DNA of 63,881 bases, counting the filler, from Stramenopiles sp. TOSAG23-3 (lineage: Eukaryota): NCBI GenBank assembly GCA_900128585.1. It is 7 parts of 7 records of this genome, joined end to end, with 100 filler letters (N's around TTAATTAATTAA, not from the genome) between each part and the next. Parts side by side here need not be neighbours in the genome. Positions count along the whole stretch, not along the records: positions 1 to 12,027 come from LT642715.1; positions 12,128 to 24,119 come from LT642716.1; 5 more parts are not named here. One strand, 5' to 3'. The notes under the pieces are model-generated. The model saw only the letters and a list, made by a program, of their open reading frames with translations, did no database searches and was not told the DNA's origin. Shown piece by piece: positions 1 through 12,128 of this stretch. The translations under genes were made by a program, and so were the position numbers. Numbering within the stretch: position 1 is the first letter of the stretch; every line of letters starts with the position of its first letter.

Positions 1-2
1 GA

Positions 3-2438
3 GGCGGGCACATGGTCGTGGAATACCAGGGCCGTGAGGTTGTCATAACGGTAGCCCACGCCTCCGTTGAGCCAAGCGTGATCGCAGCCCGCTTGAGCGA
101 CCCCCGCGCGGTGACCATGATAGAAGAAGTTGAACGAACCATTCTCAATTCAAAGCAAAGCGGCAAAAAGATTATAATCGGTATTGATCGCCTCGAACGA
201 ATGTGCGGCCTAGCCATTAAGTTGGGCGCCTACGAGCAGTTCCTCGAGCAGCACCCTGAATACATCGGACGATGCGTCCTAGTTCAGTACGGGACCAGGT
301 GCCCCTCGAGGGGCGAAGACTTCGTCATGACACAGAAACTTGTTCGCGAAGCAGTCGCTCGTATAAATCGGGAGACGACGGGAAGGGCCGACGGCGGGAT
401 GAACCCTAGCATCGTTTACCACGAGGTAGACCGTGTGGACCCGTACCACCGCACTGCCCTGTACAAGGTGGCAGATTTGATGTTGAACACCTGTGTCAGA
501 CAAGGGCTGGACTTAATACCGTTTGAATACATTGCTACGAAAAGCGAGTGCAATTTTGATTACGGGGTGTTGGCTTTGAGCGAGTTTGCAAGTGCGTCTC
601 GGGTACTTGCAGGAAGCGTAGTCTTCAACCCGTTTGCAACGGAAGAAGTTGCAAAAGTGATATTTCGGTGCCTGACCATGAACCGAACGGAGAGGCGATT
701 GCGTGGCGAACAAAACAATGTCTGGGTTCAACAGAATTCTACTGCTGGTTGGGCAGAGAAGGTTTTGACAGATTTAAAACGGGGGCGAAAGAACGTCACG
801 GGCGTCGAGTACATTGGACACGGGTTTGGCCTGGGTTTCAAGCGCATGGGTGTCAAGAGTGATTTTTCTCGGTTAGATCACAAGGCAGTCGTAAACGCGT
901 ATCGTTCCGCGTCAAATAGGGTAATTTTGCTAGACGTGGGTGGTACGATAACGGAGGCGGCAAACATTGACCCCCTTGCAATGTTTGCTCGTGCAAAAAA
1001 TAGAGATGTCGACACGCATACCAGCATTGTTGCAGACAGCCGGAGGCCGCCTGCTGAGGTCCTAAGTGCTCTTGAGCGCATCGCTGCGGATACAAAACGC
1101 AACACCGTCTTCCTAGTTAGTGGCGAAAAGCGGAAGGTTTTGAACGCGGTGGTCGGAGACAGTGGGGAAAATATAGGACTTGCGGCCGAGCACGGGTATA
1201 CGTACAGATGGTGTACCGAGGGATCCCGATGGGAATTAAGCAACGAAGTTTTTGACGATTCATGGAAGGACATGGTGAAAGAAATTATGCAGATCTACAC
1301 GATGCGAACTACTGGATCCTACATCGACATCAAGGGGAGTGCTGTTATATGGCGCTTTCAGGATACGGACACGGACTTTGGAACGTTGCAAGCGAATGAA
1401 CTGCGGCATCACTTGGCGGAAGTTCTCAAGTCTTTTCCGGTACAAATTATATTGGGGAAAGAGCACGTTGAGGTTCGCCCGGAGGGTGTTGACAAAGGCG
1501 AGTTTGTTTCGAAAGTTCTTGAGTGGGCAGAAAACAACAAAGCAGACGCCGGGACCAACCAAACCCTTGGCCAGAATTCGCCCGCCAACTTTGGAGACGG
1601 AATGGTCGATTTTGTTTTGTGTATCGGTGATGAGCCTGACGACGAGCCAATGTTTGAAAAAATATACGCCAAGTACGAAGAGCACGGACTTCTGCCCCGG
1701 GAAGGGCCGCATATTTCGAGCAGCGTGATGGGGGTCAAAGAGGGCGAATACGCCCAGACGAGGCAAGGCGATATGCAAACGCCCACTAGCAGGCACGGGT
1801 CAAGGCTGGAACTTGATATTGGGAAGGGGAATTCCGGGTTCTCGGGTGGATCTAATTTTTCTACCATAAAGTCTTCCAGTTTTGGGAATGATTCCCCAAA
1901 TAGCATTGACAAAGCGGCCAAGTCGAGGGCTAAGATTTTTACTGCCACTGTTGGCGCTAAACCTTCTAAAGCACGTTATTTTGTGCACTCCTCAGATGAT
2001 GTTGGCGAACTTCTGCAAGCATTGGCCAAGGTTAGTCTGCTGTCTCAGCGCACCCCAAGGTCCAGGTCAATGGGAGACCTCCGGGGATTTCAATCGAGCA
2101 GCAGTAGCCTTGATTCCGCCGATGGATCAACCAGCTCAAAGAACGAAGGAAATGGCTCGTCTGCGATTCGATCGACAACTTTGCCCGATAATTTTGCCTC
2201 TAAACCGAACGCTTTTACTTTACGAAGTAGCCTAGGTTTTGGAAAGAAGCGCGTAGAAAATAGGCGCTTAGCATCGGCATCAATGGTAAATTTGGCAGCG
2301 TTAGCAAACCAAAGCAAATCAATTGGCCTTGACAATATTTTGGAACAAGTTCAAAGTAAAAACAGGGCAAGGAACATCGATGAGTACTTTGACCATTTGG
2401 CGGAAGAAGACGAGGAAGGTTTTGGAATTGAATTCTAG
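3..2438 (+). CDS. TPS: Trehalose-6-phosphate synthase/phosphatase fusion (GT20 + HAD TPP domain), 5'-partial
   Basis: GT20 C-terminal motifs IGIDRLE, RQGLDLIPFEY, LSEFASASRVLAGSVVFNPF. TPP domain has LLDVGGT, VFLVSG, LAAEHGY, EVRPEGVDKG and CIGDEPDDEPMF. The frame is open back to the scaffold start. Confidence 0.92.
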   Translation, partial: GGHMVVEYQGREVVITVAHASVEPSVIAARLSDPRAVTMIEEVERTILNSKQSGKKIIIGIDRLERMCGLAIKLGAYEQFLEQHPEYIGRCVLVQYGTRCPSRGEDFVMTQKLVREAVARINRETTGRADGGMNPSIVYHEVDRVDPYHRTALYKVADLMLNTCVRQGLDLIPFEYIATKSECNFDYGVLALSEFASASRVLAGSVVFNPFATEEVAKVIFRCLTMNRTERRLRGEQNNVWVQQNSTAGWAEKVLTDLKRGRKNVTGVEYIGHGFGLGFKRMGVKSDFSRLDHKAVVNAYRSASNRVILLDVGGTITEAANIDPLAMFARAKNRDVDTHTSIVADSRRPPAEVLSALERIAADTKRNTVFLVSGEKRKVLNAVVGDSGENIGLAAEHGYTYRWCTEGSRWELSNEVFDDSWKDMVKEIMQIYTMRTTGSYIDIKGSAVIWRFQDTDTDFGTLQANELRHHLAEVLKSFPVQIILGKEHVEVRPEGVDKGEFVSKVLEWAENNKADAGTNQTLGQNSPANFGDGMVDFVLCIGDEPDDEPMFEKIYAKYEEHGLLPREGPHISSSVMGVKEGEYAQTRQGDMQTPTSRHGSRLELDIGKGNSGFSGGSNFSTIKSSSFGNDSPNSIDKAAKSRAKIFTATVGAKPSKARYFVHSSDDVGELLQALAKVSLLSQRTPRSRSMGDLRGFQSSSSSLDSADGSTSSKNEGNGSSAIRSTTLPDNFASKPNAFTLRSSLGFGKKRVENRRLASASMVNLAALANQSKSIGLDNILEQVQSKNRARNIDEYFDHLAEEDEEGFGIEF

Positions 2439-3330
2439 CTTGTTTGGTGAGTTTTACCTGTACATAATAAACATAATTTACTACTCTGAATTTTCTTTTT
2501 TTATTTTTGTGTGTAAAAGTTTTAATAGCACGGTAGTATATAAAATTACAATACTTGTATTTTAGTGTATTACGAGTTTTTCTATTTGCCTTTACTTGCT
2601 TGGTAATTACAACACACCATTTAGCAGCAAAGAAAGCAAAAATGAAAAAAGAGAGAGAGAAGAAGATCCAAAATGATAAGATAAACGACTATTATTACAT
2701 ACTGTAGCTAAGCTATTAGTCGATTAGTAAACAAACACATTGAACAACATCTTTCTATAATTCACACAACACAATCACATACATTAAATTTTATTTACGT
2801 AATAATAATAAATGCGTAGTATGACTCTCTTATTGTACATTACGTTATTAAAATAAACGCAATATTACCCTACTGTGTATATGATGAAGAATGAAGAAAT
2901 AGCAAAAAAAAAGAAGAGAAGAAGGAAGGTGTTTATATTATTTACGAGTAGTCTCTCTGACATTATTAATATTAGACGACTACTTCGTATTACATTAATA
3001 GACTATAGACTTATTATAGAGAGGAGAGATTCTACACACTCTCTCTGTCTTCTTCTTCTATAAAATATATATAATAATTATTAAAAAAAAAAAGAAGAAG
3101 AAGACGACTATTATTATATTTTATTATTATTATTACTCAGAAGAAAAAAAATAATGATGAGGAAGAAGTTATTATTATTGTTTTGTTTTAATTTAATTTT
3201 GCGGTGGGAACTTAACTATATTCAAAAGGAACCAATTTTAGCAAAAGATTTTCATGATTTTACAATGACAAATAAGCGGGTTTGTAAATACAGATTTTTT
3301 TACACCAGTTTTCTCAAAGATAACTGTAAT

Positions 3331-6300
3331 ATGGAGTCTGCTCCAAAAGCACTGCAAGTGAAGATCCCCGACCTGCCGTTGCCGTCATTGGCAACGACTA
3401 AAGCGGCAGGTTTTCCGCCTTCTGGTGCATTGGAATCCACGGCTTTGAGGGAGACACGCGTAAAATTAGATGGGGTGTCGTCACACCGCTCCCGAGCTTT
3501 GTCAAGGCAGGATTCAGTGGGGGAAAATAGTGATGGGAAAATCCCCTTTACTCTACAACACCACTGCGAACTTGCGTTCAGAAAGTATGAAGAGAGCTTG
3601 GGCTCTTCCAACTCTGTCGAGAGTTTTACGTGTTTCCAAGACCTTATCACATGGATGGAGGGGAGAAATACACCGGAGAGTACACCTTATAGAATAAGTA
3701 AGTTAATTCCACCACATAATGTCCGACTATTCTCTTTACTCGATCGACTCTAACGTTTTGCTCGTATCTATCATGTTAGCCGCAAGTGACATAAGCTCAT
3801 TCTTGAAAATGTTTAAACACAAAAAAGACGGGCGCGCGGATATTCCCTCTGAAGTTCGCTGTAAGTTAATGCGTGTGTTCCGAGAAAAAATGATGACGGT
3901 TTCCCCTGATTCCAGCCGTTCTTATTTTGATTTTGGGGCTAGTAAGACTGGATTTTTGCAACTGCCGAAGCTAGATACAGCTGAATGGGATAGTCTATCG
4001 GGTTATACGTTTAATATTTGGATTTATATCTGCCAAAGTAGAAAAAGTAGTGCGTACTCCTCAAGTGTAGAAAAGAAACCAGATAGGGTTTTGTTATACA
4101 GCATATGCGCACACAATATGGTAGGGGTTGAGGTACGTTTAATTTTTGATACACCTGAAGGTGCCAATAACGAGGGAGACAAGAACGCATTTATTGAGAT
4201 TCGATCGCGAAATAATGTACAGGGCGGGAGTCCTGCCGGGGAATGGGCAACTGTGAAATGCAGCCTGCCGTCCCACTATGAAGTAGGGAAATGGCATATG
4301 GTTTCGATAGTTCACGAACCCGTTCGCACTCGTTCAAGTCGTTCAAGCATTCCGCTAGAACAGAGCCCTCTTGGAAAGCCGCAATCCGATAACTTCAGCC
4401 CTCTCAAGAACTCTTTGTCTGGTCTATTTTCAAGGAGTCCTTTGTCCAGCCCGGGCCAAAAAACAGACACTTTGCCGAACGGGCGTTTTGCGTGCTACGT
4501 TGATGGGATGCTGTCGTGCCAAGGTGAAGTTCCCTATCCACTTGTTCGAACAAAAGCACACAATGGATTGTTTGCTTCATGTATTGTAGGCGGAGGCTTC
4601 GAGGGCAAGATAGAAAGAATCACAATGTACTCTGGGATAGTAAAACCCAAGGCTATCAATTTTCTTTTTAAACGGGGCATGGGTTTCAAGTATCCTCCTT
4701 TGAGTTCACGAGCAACCACTCCGATATCTTTGACACTATCGTGCAATCGAACTGTGTACGAAACTTCGTACGGCCTGGATGTACTGTGGAGCTTTTCCGC
4801 GGAACATGTGCTGAACGACCAATCCGGGGAATGCTTTAAGGCCGGGTTAGAAGGTGAAGAGAAGAAATTTCAGAGTCGTCTGGTTTCCGAGTGGAAAAGT
4901 CTAGGGAGCTTGACCCTCTCCAGGGTTGTCCAAGCACGGTACATACGCCAAACTCGCCGGTGTGCCACAATGATGGGTGATATAAAAGCATGCGTGGGCA
5001 CCGGAACATGGGCCCAGAGTTCACTGTTCCTTGCGGGTGGGATGAAAGTTATTTTGCCCTTATTTGCATTTTTGGGGAGGGAATCGCCCGGAGATACGGC
5101 AAAGGGCATTTCTCTGGGCGAGCACGATGAAGGTAAGGAAGCTATCTTGCTTCTCCACTCTCTAATGTATGGTGCAGGTGGCTTACGACTCCGAAAAGAA
5201 TTGTATGAAATGCGGGGAGCAGCGGTAATCGCTTCTCTCATGACAGGAAACAGCTCTCATGAAAATGTTGATAGGGGGCAGGTAGGCAGTGACAAACAGT
5301 ACAATTATATACTGACAGATGGCGTTCTGGAAGCAACGTTCGCGACGACAGCTTATTTGCTTGAAAATGATTCGCCACTAGCAGATGATTTTATTCGCCA
5401 TTTATTGCTCGATTTGGATCTTTGGCGGAAGGCTCCAGCTACAGTTCAAATGAGTTTGTGCAGCAGGCTTTTGGATTTTACCAAGCATTACCCACAAAAA
5501 TTAAGAGAAGTGATAAGTGTGCAGATGCTACTGGACCAAATTCGGATGGCCTACTGTCGCCCGTTGCCTTCAAATGATAGAATTCTGAGCCCTGCAGAGT
5601 CTGCTAAATGCGCCGACAATTTTACATCCTTGGTGGCGAACCTTATTCCGTTTTCAAAGACTATTGCATCAGTAACAGAAGCTAATCTGAGACCCCTGTC
5701 CAGCACACTGAATGCAATTTTAGGATTTGTTCGAAGTTGCAGTGGCAGCACAGCTGGAAAAACGGCTGCTGCCCGTGGTCTGAAGATTATAAACACTTTA
5801 CTGGACCAGAAAGAGTACACAAAAAAAGTGTATGTGTCGTTACAAGGATTAGGTGGGGCGGCAGAAGTAGTCCCCTTAGTGGGACGACCAGGCGAGGAAG
5901 CTAGAGCCGCGGCACTGGGACTCATAGGGCGCCTTCTTCTATTGTCTCGTTCCCTTGCCTCTCAAAACGACCCGATGGCAAATCTCAACGAATCCAAGGC
6001 AGATTTAATTGTACGGTTAATGAGCGCCTCACTTATAGAATTGCGTGGGACAGAGGCTTTAGACATGATGAATTGCGGAAATCTTATGTGCAAAGATGTG
6101 TTTGAAGTAATCGATGGTCATAGTGACGAAAAAGAGGGCCTGTTGCCGGGGTATCCTGACAATAGGGAGGTCGCATCAGGAGATTGGATCGATTTAAGAA
6201 CAAACGTATCCGTTGGAAGTGGTCAGTCACAACGTAAGGAACGTAGAGTTACAGCCTCTACGATAACTGCGGCAGTACATTTGGTGATTGGTGATTGGAA

Positions 6301-9300
6301 TAATGACTCGGAGCTATCGGAAGACGAAGTTGCGATTGCATTGCCGGAAGGGTTGCTCCTCCTCCTTGGTCTATTAACTGCCCCCCATGCACCCCCCGAG
6401 ATCGTAGAAAAATCATTGAGCAGGTTGAGTTTGTGGCTAAAGATGAAGACAATGAATTCCGTCAGCATAATAAAGTGCGTGCATTGGCAACGATGGTTCT
6501 TGGGAATGTATATTTCATTGTTTACTAGTTTTAAGAGGGAGCTAGTGGCCAGGAAGGAATCCACTGACCACCAAAGCACCAGGTTTGAATCAGAAGCACA
6601 GCGCAACATGCACTATCATGTTATACAAACAATGGCATGTGATGCACTCTCAAGTTTGTATTCACATTTGACCCTTCTGGTAAAGAAAGGTTGCATTCAA
6701 ATGCGGGCAACAGTAAATTTGTTAAACCAGCACAATCCGGTGTACAGCTATCCGTTAATTGTGAATTTCATGGCTGCGACTTTGAATCGAATACACTCGG
6801 AGCTATTGCAAACGTTTCGTACTAACGGTGCTATTTCAGAAGACCTTTACAGCAATGTTGTGCATATGGTTCAATTTGTTGAAGTCTGGGTTTTTCCTAG
6901 TCAGGCGAAGTATCGCCAAAATGCAGCGGATAACAATGTGGAGCAAACTGACACTTTTTTTGCTAAGACAATCATCGAAAATGTGGAATCTATTGTACTG
7001 CACACCGCAAACATATTTTCTATACTGACACAGGCAAAATATTTTCGGACAGAAAGCGATTCAGTAGAAAAAGCGGGCCCATTTGTGCGAGTGTTTTGCC
7101 GCCGTTTGGCTTACCTTCCCTCGGAAAAGGCCATGTTAATAGTTTTGGATCGACTGCAGCATGTTGCCATTAACATATGCGGCCAAAACGCCAGTGCAAA
7201 ATCGAAGCATTTGCTTCTTGGCATTATATCGGAATTGCAAATGGCGATGGTAATGCGCCATAATAATACAAAAACGGTTGTCGCCACTTCGCCAGCCCAA
7301 TCTGATTCCTCAGTAGACTTTCTATCGGAGGCCATTCATGAAGTAGAAAAGGAAAATGATAGCATTAAGATTATCCAAAGGATATCCCTGTCAACACTCG
7401 CGATTGTTAACAACATCAGAGCCGGACTGCTGGGAATGATGGTAGAAGGATGGGATGCTGAGATGCTTAGTGCGGCAATGCGACCCCAGCTTCGAGAACA
7501 GCCAGAAACTAGTGCACAGCGAGTATTTGATCTGTTAGCGCCAGCTCTGATTAAAGAAACGAGTAGACAGAGGAAGCAAATCATTTCTTACAGACAGCCG
7601 GGCAGGTTTGGACAAGGGTTCGTGTACGTTTCCCCCGGGAAGCTCGCCCTGGCAAATAACAGTACAGTAGCCAAATCGCAGCAAATACTCTCTCGGCAGC
7701 TCAAAATCAGTACAACAGACGTTTCTGAATTGCAAAAGCGTCAGAGTTCTCGCTCCGATCTTGACCGTCAACGATTTGTAATATTTATCAAAGGGATGGA
7801 AACCAATCGGTCACAAACGTATCAATTTTTTCATAATCGGATATGGCCAGCTTTAAACCTTGGTATTTACAACCCTTGGGCTGCGCCATTGACGCAAAAG
7901 CGTTATTTCATATTAAGCAACAGTGAAGAACATTTATTTTCTAGGCGAAGACGTCGACTCATAATTGACCCCCATGGTGATGGCCAAAAGGCTTCATCGT
8001 ATGCACTGTTTGCACGTGAAGGCAACAGGACTTCTTCCAGTATGAACTCGGAACTGGAAACGGAGAAATTGCTCGCAAGTGTAAGTGTACGTGATGCTAT
8101 GAAGCAGCAATCCGCCGAAGACGAAGGCGAGCATGTACAAGGTGACCCTGCGGATGACATTGTTGATGAAGGCGACGGCTGGGAGGAGGAAGATAATGAA
8201 TGGGACGAAATGGCTCGGGCCCGGGATGCCGCTGCCCGCGTTGCTGTCAGAACGAGGCGACCTTCTAAATCAAAGCGTAGGACAACTGCGAGTCCATCTA
8301 TCTCCTCACGGTTTTCGAGAGCGTCGACAATATCGACAGATAACCAAGGATCAAATGTTGAAACAATTTTGTGCCGCGATGATCGAGTTGTATTTGTTCG
8401 TCCTACGATGAGCGCCAAAGGAAGCGTGGTGCTTACTAATCGTGCGATTATATTTAATCCTGATTTGGACGTGAATAACCCTAGTAAATCCGAAGCCAAC
8501 GAAGAAATGGACAAACAAAAATCAAATAACGATCCGCTGCAGCAACAGAGAAGGATATCTAATCGAAAACGTAGGTGGCGTTTGGAAAACATTCGCCGAA
8601 TGTACCTCCGGCGCTACTGTCTTGTAAGTTGTGCTTTTGAATTATTTGTGAACGGTGGGGAAGTAGTATTTTTTGTTTTTAAAGGGGACCCACAAGTGGA
8701 ACGGCGAGATTCCATGTATACAGCTCTATACGAGTTGTTGAGTAGGAGGATCCAACGGTTTTCGCAACCCATTGGGCTGAGCCCCAGGCGTTTTTTTGAT
8801 CAAAGCGGGTTGACGCGAGCTTGGCAAAACCGTTCGTTGTCCAACTTTGATTACCTTATGGCTTTAAATACCTTAGCTGGGCGATCGTACACGGATCTGT
8901 CGCAATACCCCGTTTTCCCCTGGATTTTGACCGATTATAAGTCAGAAACTATAGATCTGTCTCGTCCCGAGGTTTACCGAGATTTATCCTTGCCAATGGG
9001 CGCATTAAACGCTGAGCGGTTGAAAGAATTCCAGCAACGATATGAAAATTTTGACGATGATCACATACCGAAATTTTTGTATGGATCGCACTACAGCACT
9101 GCTGCGGGGGTTGTACTTTACTTTTTAGTGCGTTTAGAGCCCTTTACGCAGCTGCATGTTGAGACCCAAGATGGGCATTTTGATGTCCCGGACCGTCTAT
9201 TTAGCTCTGTTGTTAAAACTTGGGATATGTGCTATACGTCACTAAGCGAAGTCAAAGAAATAATCCCTGAATTTTATAGTCTACCGAATTTTCTGCGAAA

Positions 9301-11395
9301 TGAGTCTAGTTGCCCTCTGGGTACTATGCAAGATGGGAGCACAGTGAACGATGTTCAGCTGCCTCCCTGGGCAAATAACTCCCCAGAAAAATTCATAGAG
9401 ATCATGCGGAGTGCACTGGAGAGTGAATATGTTTCGGAGAACCTCCACAAATGGATCGACTTGATATTTGGCTACAAACAGCGTGGCCAAGCGGCGATCG
9501 AAAACAACAATGTTTTCTATTATTTGACGTACGAAGGTGCCGTGGACTTGAACGAAATTACCGACCCAACAGTACGCCATGCAATGGAACTACAAATTGA
9601 ACATTTTGGCCAATGCCCTACTCAGCTTTTGCTGAGTCCCCATCCCAAACGAGGTAGGCACATCACTGTTCCGCGTCCGCTGTATACGTCGCTGTTGGGT
9701 TTCTGTTTCAAGACATTCTTATCAAAACAGCAACAGACGATGGGGGGTAATCAAAGTGCTGCGCCGTACACTTTAAACGCTGTTGACCTAGGTGCACTTC
9801 AAAGTTCATATCCTGGTGTTACCTCTCTCATAAAGCTAGGCTTTGACCCCATGCATGCATTAATTATGATTTGTAAAAATTGGACGAAACATAATTCCAA
9901 AGATTCTTTTAGCCCTAGTCGGAGAGACTCATCTGCTAGTATCAGTGATACATCTACCGACCTGGTTGCATTAAATGGCGACACTGACACGGTTGTCGTT
10001 GACGAATTGATCCGTCAAAGTGCGTCTGACCTGGGCCAGGGCGGACAATATACTCGCGAAAGTACCTTCTCTGATCTGAGGGCCGTCGTATACGCACAGG
10101 TGAAACCTGATGATCGCAAGCAATATAGTGGACCCGGAAGTATTGCAGTGATTGCCGTTCGCTGTTTGCTTCATAGCGTAGAAGTCGTTGATAATTGCGG
10201 CCGGTTAACTTCGTTTTCCTTGCACAGACAGGATCCTCGCAACATGGATGGCACCTCTCGAAACTATGGCGATGGTTTTACCCCCCTAGTTGTTGAGAAT
10301 ATAGAGACTGAATTGGCACCAGATGATGTTGACCGATTCACTGTGCCGTCCCTATCGACCGGCTTTCATTCCCCAGACGGTTTGTCCAGGCTATCAAAGC
10401 TGACCAAGTGGAGCAGCGGTGGTTATATATTGGCGACGGGAGGCGCAAATAACTGCAGCATAGAGTTTTGGGTGTTGGAGAGAAATTCAGACGGTCGCAT
10501 GTTCATAGACGGCAGCATGGCGATAAATGGACACGAAGCCGTTGTAACTACCATAGAAATTAACCGTGAAATCATTTTGACAGGGGATGAAGATGGCCTT
10601 GTAATGCTTTGGCATCTTTTGCCAGGATCAAATAATCGCGCTACGCTTTCCAACCGCCCCTTTCAAATCTTGAGGGGGCATACGTCGGAAATAACGTCGG
10701 CAAATATCAACAAAACTTGCCAAACTGTCGTAACTGTTAGCAGCGGCGCCAAAGCGTTAATTCACCGATCCGAAAATCCACCACCAAATGGGCAGCATGA
10801 AATAGTAGGTGATTTACCAGCCATGAAAGTTGAAATTCCACCCGGCCACGACGTGCAGCATGTCATCGTGGGCGCTGCAGGATACATAGTGACGGCAGAG
10901 AATCAGTCCTCTTTGGCGTTGTATGATTTGAATGGACGTCGTATCTCATCGGCAGACTGTTCGCACCTGGACAGATTTCGCACCGGGCCTTCGGAAAATA
11001 GTAACATTGTGGCCTTGGAACGAAGTGCCCGTGGCCATGTTTTCATCACAGCACACAAATCATCGGTAGCCTTATGGTCGACGAAGACTTTGTCCGAGCT
11101 GCGCTCGTATGATTTGAGCGCTCCTGGCCAAGGGATACTTAACCTGTCTTTGAATTTAAGCGAAGAGTTTATGGCAGTAGGGTGCGACAATGGAGTGGTT
11201 ATTTTCATATGTTTGCCCAATTTTCGAGACGGGAGTGATCCTGCCGTAGCAAACCCGTCCAGATCTCCAAAACGACTCCAGACGAGAGTCAGAACAGCCA
11301 GCCAAGCTGTTGTTGACGGGGTAGCTGAACAAGCGAAGTCTGCGGTATCAAATGCATTCAATTATTTTAAAGGCTGGGGTAACAAGAAGAGCTGA
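3331..11395 (+). CDS. BEACH-domain protein (neurobeachin/LRBA/NBEAL-like: ConA-like, PH-BEACH, BEACH, WD40); two exons 3331-3697 and 3780-11395
   Basis: BEACH motifs SNFDYLMALNTLAGRSYTDLSQYPVFPW, YGSHYS, FDVPDRLF, EVKEIIPEFY, VQLPPWA, WIDLIFGYKQRG and FGQCPTQL. PH-like RRYCLVSCAFELF precedes them and WD40 repeats (LRGHTSEIT) follow. ORFs 3154..3753 and 3719..11395 join in frame when the 82-nt intron is removed (...PYRI-T-ASDISS...). Confidence 0.93.
3698..3779 (+). other. Spliceosomal GT-AG intron (82 nt)
   Basis: Donor GTAAGT at 3698, branch point CTCTAAC at 3748-3754, acceptor TTAG at 3776-3779. Its removal restores a single reading frame. Confidence 0.85.
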
Positions 11396-12027
11396 AGCCG
11401 TTAAACATTTCATAATTAAAAACAAAATAATGGCTGATACGCCGTGAATATTGATATTTATTTTGTTTTACACCTTCTTTTTTCTTTAATTTTAATTACT
11501 ATAAAAAAAAACAGAGCCAAAATAAGATCAGCCTTCCCAAGCCGTCAATAAGCCGTGCACAGCATTACTAACAGGCACACACCATTATATATGATAGGGT
11601 ATCTTACTATACAAATTAAGTACAATAAATTAATTGTGATTTTATCAACAAACATCAGCCCAGCAAAAAATACATTATTTTATTGCGTCTTAAAACGCTC
11701 ATTTTAAGGGTAAGTAAATATATATACACAGCACTAAAAAAAATAACCAACTTTGTTTCAATGTACCAACAATAAGTGTTCTTTCGCAATTGTTTTGTTT
11801 CTTTTTTTTGTTTTAGCAATCGGTATTTTATATGATCACAGCATATCTTAAAATAAATTAACATTTCTTTTCGGGTAAAAATGAATAAAATAGATTTCAA
11901 CAACACAAACTTACAACAAAAAATAACAAAATAGCATTTTCTAAAAAAAATAGAAAAGACGACCGTCGTTGTTTTATTCTAAGTAAAAGGCTTTGATAGA
12001 CAGCTGTTTAATAAAGTGTTCAGTGTC

Positions 12028-12127
12028 NNNNNNNNNNNNNNNNNNNNNNNNNNNNNNNNNNNNNNNNNNNNTTAATTAATTAANNNNNNNNNNNNNNNNN
12101 NNNNNNNNNNNNNNNNNNNNNNNNNNN
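12028..12127. other. Artificial scaffold-joining spacer N44-TTAATTAATTAA-N44 (also at 24120-24219, 36159-36258, 48189-48288, 60212-60311, 62047-62146)
   Basis: The identical 100-nt structure occurs six times and the 12-mer gives stops in all six frames. The flanking pieces are size-ordered (12027, 11992, 11939, 11930, 11923, 1735, 1735 nt) and several genes are cut at the spacers. Confidence 0.97.
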
Positions 12128-12128
12128 C

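Noticed and set aside
3154..3753. Separate 199-aa gene overlapping the BEACH ORF
   Set aside because: It is exon 1 of the BEACH gene read through into the intron. The part upstream of ATG 3331 is AT-rich non-coding sequence.
12072..12083. Palindromic TTAATTAATTAA recurring about every 12 kb
   Set aside because: Always centred in exactly 44+44 Ns, so it is a synthetic six-frame-stop linker, not a biological repeat.
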